From Acidobacteriota bacterium (GTDB lineage Bacteria > Acidobacteriota > UBA890 > WLXD01), in assembly GCA_963666215.2 (NCBI GenBank), contig CAXWPL010000004.1, positions 1,000,106 through 1,064,105 on the forward strand: DNA of 64,000 nucleotides, given 5' to 3'. Made by a program: the position numbers and the translations under genes. The notes below the pieces were generated by a model. That model searched no databases and was not told where the DNA came from. It saw only the letters and a program-made list of their open reading frames with translations. This document shows, piece by piece, positions 42,670 through 52,651 of the stretch (position 1 is its first letter; the number at the start of each line of letters is the position of its first letter).

Positions 42670-43095
42670 CTACGAGGCTGAATCGACTTCCATGACCTTC
42701 TCGGCTACGACATCGGGAATCTCGACAGACCTCAAGCCCTCGCTTCCCATTACACAGCACACCGACGTCATCTCGCCACGTGCCACAATGCGCTCGCCGA
42801 TGCGAAACACGAAGCCATAGGTCATCGACGTCCGACCCTTGCGGCGCACGGTGACTTCGATTTCGAGCGTGTCGCCGAAGCGCGCCGGTGACTCGTAGCT
42901 CGCCGAAAGCGACACCCGCGGCCAGCCCACCGTGTGGCCGTCGCGCTCGGTGACCACGCTGGTGCCGAGCGCTTCGAGGAACTCGTGCTCGGCGGTTTCC
43001 ATGAAGATGACGTAGCGCGAGAAGTGAACGATGCCGACCATGTCGGTGTCCGAGAACTCGATACGGCGCGTCGTTTGGAATCGATCGGTCGGCAT
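42670..43095 (-). CDS. Hotdog-fold acyl-CoA thioesterase (YbgC/4HBT family)
   Basis: EFSDTDMVGIVHFSRY, PARFGD. Confidence 0.92.
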   Translation of the reverse strand: MPTDRFQTTRRIEFSDTDMVGIVHFSRYVIFMETAEHEFLEALGTSVVTERDGHTVGWPRVSLSASYESPARFGDTLEIEVTVRRKGRTSMTYGFVFRIGERIVARGEMTSVCCVMGSEGLRSVEIPDVVAEKVMEVDSAS

Positions 43096-43144
43096 GCGGG
43101 TTCTTGTCGCTTCTCTGTTGTTCGGGTGGTTCGTGATTCTTGGG

Positions 43145-44617
43145 CTAACGGCTCGACGACGACGCCACCGGGTGGCGCGCGACGTTGGTGTTGATGGTAC
43201 TCGCCGTGCTCGATATGTCGTCCGTTTCTGCCGCCAGGCCCAGGATCTCGCGATAGAGACTCTCGGTGGCTGTCGTCATCACGTCCACGGAGTGGTGCTC
43301 GGCGACCCCGACGCGACCCGCCCGACCGAGCGCCCGGCAGCGGGCTCGATTGCTCCGCAGCTCCAGAAACGCCTCGGCGAGAGCCTCGGGCGAATCGGGC
43401 TCAACGAGCAATCCGCCGCCAGTCGCTTCGACGACCTCGGGGAAAACTCCGTGTCGGGGCTGCACCACGGGAACGCCACTGGCCATCGCCTCGAGAATCG
43501 AGAGTCCTTTCGACTCGTGGTAGACGGTCGGCACCGAGAACACATCAACGCTCTCGATCAGAGCGATCTTTCCCTCGCGATCGACCTCGCCTAGATGCTC
43601 GACGCGATCGGTCAGGCCCCACGAGGCAATGCGCGCCAGCTGCTCGCTCAGGTAGCTGGCATCGCGCTTACCCACGTAGCCGGCGAATCGCAGCGCGACG
43701 TGTTCGGGCCCCACGGCTTCGGCAAGCCGTCGAAACGCCTCGATCAGCAGGTGCAGGCCCTTTTCTGGACAGATGCGCGCAAGGTAGCCGATCACGAAGG
43801 GTCGGCCGTCGTCGTTCTCATCGTCGGCGCCGCGGTCGGCGCCCAACGGTCTCGCTCGCGGCTGCGCGATGCTCGGCGGCGCGCTATCCGACGGTTGGTC
43901 GGACGTTACTGCTTGGATATCGCCATGGCCGTCGAGGCGGATGCCCAGCTTCACGATGCGCATGCGCTCCGGCGCCACATCGAGATACTCGCCCATGTGG
44001 CGGGCGTAGTACTCGCTGGTTGCAACCAGCATGTCGACCTCACGTGCGTGTCCCCGCAGAACACGTTGCACGCGCTCGCGGTATGAGGGCGCGAGCGCAT
44101 CGAGAAAGAGGTCTTCACCCTGCACGGAGCAGAGCACCGGTACGCCCAGCTCGCGTCGCAACACGGGCGCGAGGCCGAGAAACATCGAGTTGGTGATGTG
44201 AACGATCTCGGGTCTGAGATCGTCGCGCAGCCAGCCCACCAGGCGCTCGAGCTCGGCGCTCTGCTGTCCCTCTTCGCCCATCGCCACCGACAGCGTGAGA
44301 TCCCCTAGGTCGCGTGCATCGGTGGAGGCGCCGAGCTTGGATACCCACTGCAGCAACGCCGGGCGGTCGAGCAGCCAGTGCAACGGCTCGGGCAGGCGCG
44401 CGAAGAGCTTCGACTGCTGCTGCAGGAATACGTTCAGCGCGCCGTAGAAGATGCGGTCGATACTGACATTCGTCTCGTCGGTGCGGACCGGCGTATAGGT
44501 GGGAATCAGCGCCACGTCGTGGCCGCGGCTCTGCAGCGCTGCCGCGAGGGTGTTGTCGTGCAGGCAGGAACCGCAGTACATGCCCGCTGCACCGGCGGTG
44601 ATGTAGGCAATGCGCAT
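43145..44617 (-). CDS. Glycosyltransferase family 4 protein with N-terminal CGSC motif
   Basis: AGAAGMYCGSC; ARICPEKG; ESKGLSILEAMASGVPVV (E-x7-E). Confidence 0.92.
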   Translation of the reverse strand: MRIAYITAGAAGMYCGSCLHDNTLAAALQSRGHDVALIPTYTPVRTDETNVSIDRIFYGALNVFLQQQSKLFARLPEPLHWLLDRPALLQWVSKLGASTDARDLGDLTLSVAMGEEGQQSAELERLVGWLRDDLRPEIVHITNSMFLGLAPVLRRELGVPVLCSVQGEDLFLDALAPSYRERVQRVLRGHAREVDMLVATSEYYARHMGEYLDVAPERMRIVKLGIRLDGHGDIQAVTSDQPSDSAPPSIAQPRARPLGADRGADDENDDGRPFVIGYLARICPEKGLHLLIEAFRRLAEAVGPEHVALRFAGYVGKRDASYLSEQLARIASWGLTDRVEHLGEVDREGKIALIESVDVFSVPTVYHESKGLSILEAMASGVPVVQPRHGVFPEVVEATGGGLLVEPDSPEALAEAFLELRSNRARCRALGRAGRVGVAEHHSVDVMTTATESLYREILGLAAETDDISSTASTINTNVARHPVASSSSR

Positions 44618-44628
44618 CGCCTGGCCGC

Positions 44629-46083
44629 TCAGCTGATGAACCGGGCGATATCCTCGTCGCTCGGCGGCCTCGTGACCAGCGAAACCACGATCATGGCAGT
44701 CGACGAGGCCAGCAGGATGATCGCCACCGGCATGATGCCCGTGTCACCGACGGTGTACGCGCGGTTGCCCCAGCCCTGGTAGAAGAAGTACGACCACAGC
44801 ACCATCACCGTGAGAACGCAAGCGATCGCTCCCTCCTTGGTGCTGCGGCGCCAGAAAATCGCGCCGACGGCGATCGGGAACAGCGAGGCGAAGCCGGTGA
44901 ACGACCAGGTTGCCAGGTCGAAGATGCTGCGCTGAGAGACCAGCGAGATCCCATAGACCAGTGCCAGGATCGCCGCCACGAACAGGCGACCGCTGAGGAT
45001 CACCTGCGCCTCGGTCATCGCTTTGCGTCGGTAGCGCCGCACGATGTCCTCGGTGAACATGGTCCCGAGCGACAGCACCTGAGAGTCGAGCGACGACATC
45101 ACAGCCGCGAACACGCCGGCGCCCAGCAGCCCGGCCAGCACGCCCGGCGCGTACTGGCCGATGAGTTGCACCAGGATGCCGTTCGATTGCCCACCGATGA
45201 GCCCCGGGAAATCGAGATGGCCGGCCACGCCGAGTAGCACGGGGGGCAGCCAGACGGCCGCGATGCACAACGGATAGGCAACCAGGGTCAGGCGGAAGTT
45301 CTCGACCTTCTTGGCGCTCAGCCAGTGCATGAACATGTGCGGAAACATGCCGGCCGAAAGCGGAATGAACGAGTAGGTTATCCATCGGAGCTTGCTGTGG
45401 AGATCGCCGCGCACCAGCAGTTGCGGTTGTTCCTCGGCGGCTCGCGCAAGGAGCGCCTCTAAGCCGCCCATGCGGCCGATGATGACGATCACTGTGGCAG
45501 CGCCGAGCACCATGAACACCAGGGTCTGGAAGGTGTTGACCCAGGCGGTGCCGCGCAGGCCACCGAAGGTGACGTAGGTGAGGACCACCAGGCAAATCAC
45601 AAGCCCGCCGACCCACTGCGGAACCAGGTTGTTGGTGACCTGGCTGAGCGTGATGCCACCGGCCATCACGCCGATGAGCAGGTAGGGAAGGACAAGCCCC
45701 ACCAGCACCACGAACAGCAACAGGTTGAGTGGCTCCGAGCCCCAGCGATCGCGGAAGAACTGGATCTGCGTGCGGTAGGCGAAGCGCTTGCCGATGGCCC
45801 AGGCGCGTGTACCGACCACGAAGAACGTGGTGGGGATGACCAGTGCCGAGATCGCGGCCATGAGCCCGAACACGCCGATGCCCGCGTGGTACGCCTCGCC
45901 GGAGGATCCGAGCAGCGCGAAGGCGGTCATGTTGGTGCCGAATAAAGACATCAGCAGCACGAACGGCCCGATACTGCGTGTGGCCAGGAAGTAATCCTCG
46001 CCCGTCCTGGTGAACAAGCGGTTCGAGGAGGCTCCGATGGCGATAACCAACACCATGTACACGGCGATGATGGCCAGCGTCAT
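44629..46083 (-). CDS. Sodium:solute symporter family protein
   Basis: DYFLATRSIG, YVTFGGLRGTAW, AAVMSSLDS; many TM segments. Confidence 0.94.
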   Translation of the reverse strand: MTLAIIAVYMVLVIAIGASSNRLFTRTGEDYFLATRSIGPFVLLMSLFGTNMTAFALLGSSGEAYHAGIGVFGLMAAISALVIPTTFFVVGTRAWAIGKRFAYRTQIQFFRDRWGSEPLNLLLFVVLVGLVLPYLLIGVMAGGITLSQVTNNLVPQWVGGLVICLVVLTYVTFGGLRGTAWVNTFQTLVFMVLGAATVIVIIGRMGGLEALLARAAEEQPQLLVRGDLHSKLRWITYSFIPLSAGMFPHMFMHWLSAKKVENFRLTLVAYPLCIAAVWLPPVLLGVAGHLDFPGLIGGQSNGILVQLIGQYAPGVLAGLLGAGVFAAVMSSLDSQVLSLGTMFTEDIVRRYRRKAMTEAQVILSGRLFVAAILALVYGISLVSQRSIFDLATWSFTGFASLFPIAVGAIFWRRSTKEGAIACVLTVMVLWSYFFYQGWGNRAYTVGDTGIMPVAIILLASSTAMIVVSLVTRPPSDEDIARFIS

Positions 46084-46319
46084 GAGTCGGAGCTCTGCTG
46101 GCCGGAGTCGTCGTCAGGTTGGCTGGAGTCAGTCTCGAGGTGCGACGGCCAGGCCTTGGTAACGAGCAGGAACATCACCACCGACACCGCCACGACCCAA
46201 ATCAAGTGGTAGGTGAGCCCGATCGGCAGGCCGAGAGCCAGGCGCGGGTCGTGCCATTGCCAGAAGTCGTTGTGGAGGACGAAGAGCAGCGCGAGGGCGC
46301 CGAATAGCCAGCGCTTCAT
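46080..46319 (-). CDS. DUF3311-type small membrane partner of the symporter
   Basis: LHNDFWQW...LGLPIGLTYH; two TM; ATGA overlap with the symporter. Confidence 0.85.
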   Translation of the reverse strand: MKRWLFGALALLFVLHNDFWQWHDPRLALGLPIGLTYHLIWVVAVSVVMFLLVTKAWPSHLETDSSQPDDDSGQQSSDS

Positions 46320-46407
46320 AGGGTCCAGACCGTGGTCGAGAGGGGGGGTCTCTTGAAAGAGCTTGGGAAGAGACTCGATTAGAAGAGCCTACGAAGAGCT
46401 CGATCGC

Positions 46408-47691
46408 CTAGGCCTCAGCTAGTGGCATTGGGCGATACGTTGGCAGTTCCCGGTAGCGGTCCATAGACTCTAGCAGGCCGGTGACGTCTTTTCTGTAGAC
46501 GTTGCCGATAAGCAGGTGAACGAGCTGATCGGTGCAGTCGGGATAGGCCTTCAGGAACTCCGCGAAGTTGAAGTCGGTGGAGTAGTAGGCATAGACCATC
46601 TTGCGCATCGCTTCCATGCCAGCCAGAAACTCGGGACCGTGACGGCCCAGTCGCGAACCCGAAAGATCGCCCACAGCAAACGCATCGATAATCGAGTCGG
46701 CTGCCATCTCGCCGCCCTTGAGCGCCAGAAAAACGCCCGTCGAGTAGATGGGGTCGAGAAAGCCGAAGGCATCGCCGGCGAGCACCCAGCCATCGCCCGC
46801 GATGCGCTTTGACGTATACGAGAAATCCTTCAGGACGCCGACCTTGTCGGTCTGTTCGGCGCCCTCGAGCTTTTCCTGCAGACGCACACAGCGAGCCAGC
46901 TCGGAATCGAACACGGCCTGTGGATTGCTGTCGCGACCTTGCTTGAGCTTGTGGATGGGCCCTACAACGCCAACGCTCACTTCGCCGCCCGGTAGAGGGA
47001 TGTACCAGAACCAGGACTCGCCGGCCTCGGTATGCATGATGAGCGTGCCGCCCTCGTCGATTCCTTCGCCGCGCCATGCGCCGCTGAAGCGCGTGAAGAA
47101 CGCGCAATGCAGCAGGTTCCGATCGAGCTGACGCAGCCGTAGCCGCTTGGCGATGAGCGCGCTCTGCCCTGTCGCGTCCACCGTGACGCCAGCCGTGATC
47201 CCGCGCCGAGCTCCGTCGGCAAGCTCGATCTCCACCCCCGAGACCGTCGCGTTGTACTCGTCGGGGTTCGGGTTGGCGAGCTTCAAGTCACGAACCGAGA
47301 CACCCTCACAAATCTCCGCACCCTTCTCGCGGGCGTTGTCGAGCAGCATCTTGTCGAACTTGGCGCGGTCGACTTGCCAGCTCTGCGAGCTCTCGTGCGC
47401 GTCGGTTTCGGAGAAGTAGAAGGGCCGCGCCGCCCGTCCGGATGCCGTGAAGAACTGCACACTGTGTTTTTGCGGAAAGTCGCTGCATTTCATGTACTCG
47501 AGCACGCCCAGACGCTCGAGCGTCCAGTACGTCGCGGGCATCAGCGACTCACCAATGCGGAAGCGCGGGAATGTCTCGCGGTCGAGAAGGAGAACGCGCA
47601 GTCCCGACTCGGCGGTCAGCGCCGCCACGGTCGACCCGGCCGGGCCGCCGCCGATGACGACGACGTCGTACTCGCTGGCGGTCGGTCTCAT
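46408..47691 (-). CDS. Flavin-dependent halogenase-like oxidoreductase
   Basis: GGGPAG, FPRFRIGES, FPQK, WFWYIP, GDAFGFLDPIYSTG. Confidence 0.88.
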   Translation of the reverse strand: MRPTASEYDVVVIGGGPAGSTVAALTAESGLRVLLLDRETFPRFRIGESLMPATYWTLERLGVLEYMKCSDFPQKHSVQFFTASGRAARPFYFSETDAHESSQSWQVDRAKFDKMLLDNAREKGAEICEGVSVRDLKLANPNPDEYNATVSGVEIELADGARRGITAGVTVDATGQSALIAKRLRLRQLDRNLLHCAFFTRFSGAWRGEGIDEGGTLIMHTEAGESWFWYIPLPGGEVSVGVVGPIHKLKQGRDSNPQAVFDSELARCVRLQEKLEGAEQTDKVGVLKDFSYTSKRIAGDGWVLAGDAFGFLDPIYSTGVFLALKGGEMAADSIIDAFAVGDLSGSRLGRHGPEFLAGMEAMRKMVYAYYSTDFNFAEFLKAYPDCTDQLVHLLIGNVYRKDVTGLLESMDRYRELPTYRPMPLAEA

Positions 47692-47734
47692 CGCGTGCGG
47701 CTTGAGCCGCCCCAGGCCGGGAGCGCGAACAGCT

Positions 47735-49900
47735 TCATCGGAAGCGATAGTCGACGCGGACGAACACCGTCGCCGGATCCGCCGGCGTCACCGCTTGCGA
47801 CCCGAAGGCGCGCCACAGTGTCTCTCGGTCGGTGAGGTTGGCGGCGTTCAAGCTCAATACGAAGTCGTCAATCTCATAACTCAGCGCGGCCGATACCGTC
47901 AGCACGTCGCCGATCTCGAAGCTGTTGTCCTCGGCGATGAACTGGCTGCTTAGGTAGCGCAGGCCGACTCCGGCGCCGATCCCGTTCAGGAAGCTCTTGC
48001 TCAGCCAGCTATTGAAGATGTGCTCCGGAGCGAAGGCGGGTCGGTTGCCCGAGCGGTCGAACGTGATCGGGATGATGCCGAACTCCGTGGGCACGAACAG
48101 TTGCTCGGCGAACTCGGTGAGCTCGGCGTCGGTGTAGGCGTACGACGCCACCCCGCGCAGGCCGTCGCCAAGCTCCGCCGCCATCTCGAGCTCCAATCCA
48201 CGAGACCGCTGGTTGCCGAGCTGCTGTGTGAAGCCGTTGTCGTCGGGGATAGCGATGTTGTCGCGCTCGAGGTTGAAGACCGCGGCCGTGGCCCGCGCGC
48301 GCCCGTCGAGGAAACGGATCTTGACCCCGAGCTCGAACTGCTGGCTCTTCTCGGGCGCGCAGGCGCCGAAAGCCCGAGGTGATGGTGGCGCGAAGGAGCG
48401 CGAGAAGTTGCCGTACAGCGACAGGTCGCTGGTGGGCGCGTACACCGCTCCGAGCATCGGGCTGAGCTCGGTGTCGTCGCGTGATGCGCCCGAAAGATCC
48501 TCTTTGAAGTCGATGGCGTCGAGGCGCGCACCCGCCAGCAGTTGGAACGAGTCCGACACCGTGATCTGATCAATCGCGTAGGGGGCGAACACGATGCTGC
48601 GGGCATCCCCGGCGCTCGAAAACTGAGGAAGCACGAAGATCCCCTGGGTCCCGTCGACCGGCTGGAACAGATCGACGTCTTGCAGGAAGCCGATGTCGAG
48701 CGTGAACTGGTCGGCGAAGCGAGCCAGCTCTACGCCGGTGAGCAGATTGTGGCGCAAGCCTCCCGTCTCGAACGAGAACACGCCCTCGAGCTGGTTACCG
48801 AAGAAACGTTGGTCGTCGTTGAGCAGGATCAGGGAGCGACTGACGCTGAAGCCAGCGATGGGATTGCCTTCGATGTCGAAGCTCGGGAACGCTCCGTTGA
48901 TCAACGTTCCGTCCGAGAGCCAATCGAGCCTCCGGTAGTAGAGCTTGTTACGCAGCGTGAACGAGTCGCTTACGCGTCGCTCATAGTCGGCTTGAAAGCG
49001 CAGAACGTCCTGCTCGGAGCGATCGAACCGGGAGTTGTAGTTCTGTTGCCGGTCGATGTCGGGCAGTGCGCCGAACAGTAGCGGCACGCCGGCCTCGGGA
49101 CTGAAATCCGACTGCGCGAGCTCGAAGTTCAGATTCAGCGAGCTCGCCTCATCGATGTGCCAGGTGAGCGCCGGGTTGACGGCCACAGCCTCGTCTTGCT
49201 TCGCGTCGCGGTAGTGGTCGGACGAGCGCCACAACGAATTGAGTCGGAAGTCGACGGCACCCGTTGGTGAGCCGTAGTTGATGTCGAAATGGCCCTCGAC
49301 GTGCGAGAAGCTGCCGAACGCCGCGCCCACATCGAATTGCCGCTGAGCCCGCATCGGCTGCTTGCGAACCAGGTTCACGGCGCCCGCCAACGGGTTGCTG
49401 CCATAAAGGAAGCCGCCGGGCCCCTTCAGAACCTCCACGGCCGCCACGTTGTAGAGCTGATAGAAGCTCGCCTCCGGTTCCGATGCGCCGTCGGTAAGCA
49501 CGAGGCCGCCGTTCAGGGAATCGAAGCCACGCACGATGAAAAAATCGGTGACCCCGAATCCCGGCTGGACGTTGACACCGCTGACGTTGCGCAGAGCGTC
49601 GCCCACCACCTGACCGTACTGCTCCTTGAACAGCGCCGAGGTAACGACGCCCACGTTCGACGGTGTGAGTCGCAGCTCGAGCGGCAGCTTGGTGGCGATT
49701 GTGTTGGAGCTCGGTACGAACGGCAGGCTGCCCTCGACGAAGATGAAGGTCGTCGTCGCCGCCGGTTTCTCCTGCTGCGGCTCGGCCTGCGCCGTACCGT
49801 TCGCGCCAGCTTGCGCCTGCCCGAGTGCCACGTGAGGTGTGATGGACAACAGGCCGATGAGGACTAGGCGAGCGCTGGGCATGGTCGGGTTCTGTTCCAT
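47735..49900 (-). CDS. TonB-dependent receptor (siderophore-receptor type)
   Basis: Signal peptide; ATK...ALRNVSGV, VRGF, VEVLKGP, GAVNLVRK plug; beta-barrel ending in YRFR. Confidence 0.93.
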   Translation of the reverse strand: MEQNPTMPSARLVLIGLLSITPHVALGQAQAGANGTAQAEPQQEKPAATTTFIFVEGSLPFVPSSNTIATKLPLELRLTPSNVGVVTSALFKEQYGQVVGDALRNVSGVNVQPGFGVTDFFIVRGFDSLNGGLVLTDGASEPEASFYQLYNVAAVEVLKGPGGFLYGSNPLAGAVNLVRKQPMRAQRQFDVGAAFGSFSHVEGHFDINYGSPTGAVDFRLNSLWRSSDHYRDAKQDEAVAVNPALTWHIDEASSLNLNFELAQSDFSPEAGVPLLFGALPDIDRQQNYNSRFDRSEQDVLRFQADYERRVSDSFTLRNKLYYRRLDWLSDGTLINGAFPSFDIEGNPIAGFSVSRSLILLNDDQRFFGNQLEGVFSFETGGLRHNLLTGVELARFADQFTLDIGFLQDVDLFQPVDGTQGIFVLPQFSSAGDARSIVFAPYAIDQITVSDSFQLLAGARLDAIDFKEDLSGASRDDTELSPMLGAVYAPTSDLSLYGNFSRSFAPPSPRAFGACAPEKSQQFELGVKIRFLDGRARATAAVFNLERDNIAIPDDNGFTQQLGNQRSRGLELEMAAELGDGLRGVASYAYTDAELTEFAEQLFVPTEFGIIPITFDRSGNRPAFAPEHIFNSWLSKSFLNGIGAGVGLRYLSSQFIAEDNSFEIGDVLTVSAALSYEIDDFVLSLNAANLTDRETLWRAFGSQAVTPADPATVFVRVDYRFR

Positions 49901-49933
49901 GAGATTGGCGAGTGTGGTGATGCTGCGGTCGGT

Positions 49934-51358
49934 TTAGGTATATCGAGAGTCTCGATGCGTCGCCGAGTAGAACTCGGGCAACAGGCTGTCGACGCGCAGC
50001 AATCCGGCGCGCGTCAACTCGATCGACGTGTCGGTGGTGGTCAGCATGTGCTCCGCGGCGAGCACGGCTAGCGGATCGGCGAAGTGGTGCAGAAGATTCA
50101 CCCCGAACTTGTCGGCAAAGTAGCTGAGCTCGAGGTGCCCTCGCTTGAGCTGCAGGATAGTCTCGCGCACCAGCCGCTCTTCGGTATTCGTCGGGTAGGC
50201 GCGGCTAATCGGCAGGCCGCCCGCTTCAACAATCTCGTGGTAGCCGATCCAATCGGCTTTGTTCTGGACGTGGACGCCGCCCATGTGGCCGAACGACGAG
50301 ACGCCAATCCCGAGCATGTCGGCGCCGCGCCAAAGTGAATCCCTATAGAGGAAGGGGGAGGTCTGGTCATCGGTCCTGCGGACCATGGTATAGGCGCTCG
50401 ATATCTCGTACCCGGCCTCGGCAAATCGCTCGAACGCGAAATCTTGCCAGGCTCGCTTGAGCTCCCAGTCGGCCAGCGGAACGTCGAGATCGCCTCCCAT
50501 GTATAGCTTCGAGATCTCGGTGTTGAAGGGCAGCTCCATCTGGTAAATCGTCACCGAGTCGGGGCCGTAGTCGATCGCCTGCTCGACCGCGTCACGCCAC
50601 GTCTCCCAGGTTTCGCCGAGCATGCCGGCAATCAGGTCGATGTTGAGCTGGTCGAAATCGAGCGCCTCGATCCACGGCCTTACGCGATGGATCTCTTTAC
50701 CCACGTGGGCGCGGCCGTTGAGCTCGAGGATGCCGTCGTTGAAGTGCTCCACGCCGAGGCTCAGGCGGGTTACCCCGACGTTGCGAATTGTCGCGAGCTT
50801 GGTTTGGCTCAAGGTGCCGGGTTCGCACTCGAAGGCGAACTCCTCGAGTTGGCTCCAGTCGAGCTCGCCGCGGAGCTGAGACACCAAGTCTTCCAGGTGC
50901 TTGCCCGCGATATACGACGGCGTGCCGCCGCCGAAGTACACGAACTTCAGCGGCCGCCCGTCGACCGCCGCCCTTGATCCATACAACTGTGTCTCGCGTA
51001 CGACGGCGCTGCAGTAGCGCTCGACCTGCTCGGAGTTCTTGTCGGTGTAAACGCGGAAGTAGCAGAACTTGCAGCGCTTGCGGCAGAAGGGGATGTGAAC
51101 GTAGAGGCCGAGCGGTGTGGTTTGTGCGTCGCCCCCCCCCTCTACTGGCCCACCTGTCGACAACCCTGCCGGAGTATCGAGGGCCGCGTGATAGGCGCCC
51201 AGGTGCTCCGCTTTCCATTGCGAGTACGGCGGGTAGTTCGAGACGAACACGCTGCCAACGTCGGTCTCGCGCAGCTCGAGCCGACTGGTGGCGGGCTCGG
51301 GGCGGCTCGCCGCCGCCGGGGTCTTCGCGTCGACTTCCTGAGGAGTGTTCAGATCCAT
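49934..51358 (-). CDS. HemN-like radical SAM enzyme
   Basis: LYVHIPFCRKRCKFCYF (CxxxCxxC), YFGGGTPS, RLSLGV, NIDLIAG; HemN-type C-terminal region. Confidence 0.92.
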   Translation of the reverse strand: MDLNTPQEVDAKTPAAASRPEPATSRLELRETDVGSVFVSNYPPYSQWKAEHLGAYHAALDTPAGLSTGGPVEGGGDAQTTPLGLYVHIPFCRKRCKFCYFRVYTDKNSEQVERYCSAVVRETQLYGSRAAVDGRPLKFVYFGGGTPSYIAGKHLEDLVSQLRGELDWSQLEEFAFECEPGTLSQTKLATIRNVGVTRLSLGVEHFNDGILELNGRAHVGKEIHRVRPWIEALDFDQLNIDLIAGMLGETWETWRDAVEQAIDYGPDSVTIYQMELPFNTEISKLYMGGDLDVPLADWELKRAWQDFAFERFAEAGYEISSAYTMVRRTDDQTSPFLYRDSLWRGADMLGIGVSSFGHMGGVHVQNKADWIGYHEIVEAGGLPISRAYPTNTEERLVRETILQLKRGHLELSYFADKFGVNLLHHFADPLAVLAAEHMLTTTDTSIELTRAGLLRVDSLLPEFYSATHRDSRYT

Positions 51359-51439
51359 CCTTATGGGGTCCGGTGCTCGGTCATGTTCGAGTGTGGCGTT
51401 CGGTGTCTGTCGGCTTCGAGCCCGGTTCGCGCCCGCGGC

Positions 51440-52651
51440 TTAGCCGAAGCAGTAGAGTTGCCCGTCTTCGGTACCAATCACCAGCTTGCCGGAGGCGATG
51501 CTCGGTGATGCTGCGATCGACGAGCCGGTTTCGAATGTCCACACAGTAGCGCCCGACTCGAGGTCAAGCTCGTACAAATCGCCCGAGCTCGAGCCAACGA
51601 ACACACGCTCGCCCATGATCACCGGCGACGAGTCGACGCGTGCACCGCTCGTCACCGTCCATCGCGACTCGCCGGTGGTCCGGTCGATCGCATGCACCAT
51701 CTTGTCACGTCCGCCGAGCACGATCACGTCGTCGGTGATCGCCGCCGAAGAGTAGAACGGGAACTTGCGCACCGGGTGCTCATAGATCCAGTCGGCCAGG
51801 CCTGTCTCGAGGTCGAGGCTCAGCACCTGGTTCTCGTAGGTTCCGAAGTAGGCGTGCCCGTTCGAGATGGCGGGGCTTGCCGCCACGTAGGCGCCGATCT
51901 CGATCTGCGAAAGCACCTCGCCGTCCGTGGCGCGGACAACTCGGAGGTATCCGTCGCAGCCCACCGAGATCACCCGGTCGTCGACGATCGCGGGAGTTCC
52001 GTTTACGTACCCGCCGGTCTCGATTTTCCAGTTCACCGAGCCGTCGGCCACCGAAACGCTGTAGAGATGGTTGTCGTAGGAGCCGAAGATCAACGCGGCG
52101 TCGTCGCCGTCCTCCGAGCGACCCGATCCCTCATAGAAATTCGCCGACGAAACCACGCCGCCACCTGTTTGGGCCTGCCAGACGAGCGCGCCACTCTCGG
52201 CATCGAGCGCCGTGAACGCGCCCGATTCATCGCCGAAGTAGACAACGTTGCCGACGATCGTTGGCGACGATTTGATCTCGGCGGCCGCTGCGTGGCGCCA
52301 TTTCTCTGCGCCCGTTTCGAGGTCGAGGGCGTACAGGTGCGCATCCAGCGAGCCCACATAGACAACGCCGTTGGCGATCGCGGCGGTCGACTCGATGCTG
52401 TCGTCGGCTTCGAACACCCATTTCGGCTGTAACACCACGGGCAGCTCGCCCGAGGCGATCCCGGTCAGTTGCGCGTCGCCGCGGAAAAGGAGCCATGTGT
52501 CGGGTGTGTCGGCTCGAGCGCCGCTCATGAATCCGAGAAGGACCAGCGTCAGGGCGGTCAGCGTGCCGCCGCCCACACGTCGGCCGACGCCGACGTCGCT
52601 AGCCGAAGGGAGTTGACGTCGCGCGCGCTCTGGACGGCTGTCAGTAGGCAT
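51440..52651 (-). CDS. PQQ-binding-like (BamB-type) beta-propeller protein
   Basis: TM/signal; WLLFRGD..LTG; repeated SSP...VY.G...G.LYALD..TG...W blades. Confidence 0.9.
   Translation of the reverse strand: MPTDSRPERARRQLPSASDVGVGRRVGGGTLTALTLVLLGFMSGARADTPDTWLLFRGDAQLTGIASGELPVVLQPKWVFEADDSIESTAAIANGVVYVGSLDAHLYALDLETGAEKWRHAAAAEIKSSPTIVGNVVYFGDESGAFTALDAESGALVWQAQTGGGVVSSANFYEGSGRSEDGDDAALIFGSYDNHLYSVSVADGSVNWKIETGGYVNGTPAIVDDRVISVGCDGYLRVVRATDGEVLSQIEIGAYVAASPAISNGHAYFGTYENQVLSLDLETGLADWIYEHPVRKFPFYSSAAITDDVIVLGGRDKMVHAIDRTTGESRWTVTSGARVDSSPVIMGERVFVGSSSGDLYELDLESGATVWTFETGSSIAASPSIASGKLVIGTEDGQLYCFG

Noticed and set aside
46080-46319. RiPP precursor peptide for the radical SAM and halogenase enzymes
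   Set aside because: Two-TM DUF3311-type protein that normally accompanies sodium:solute symporters
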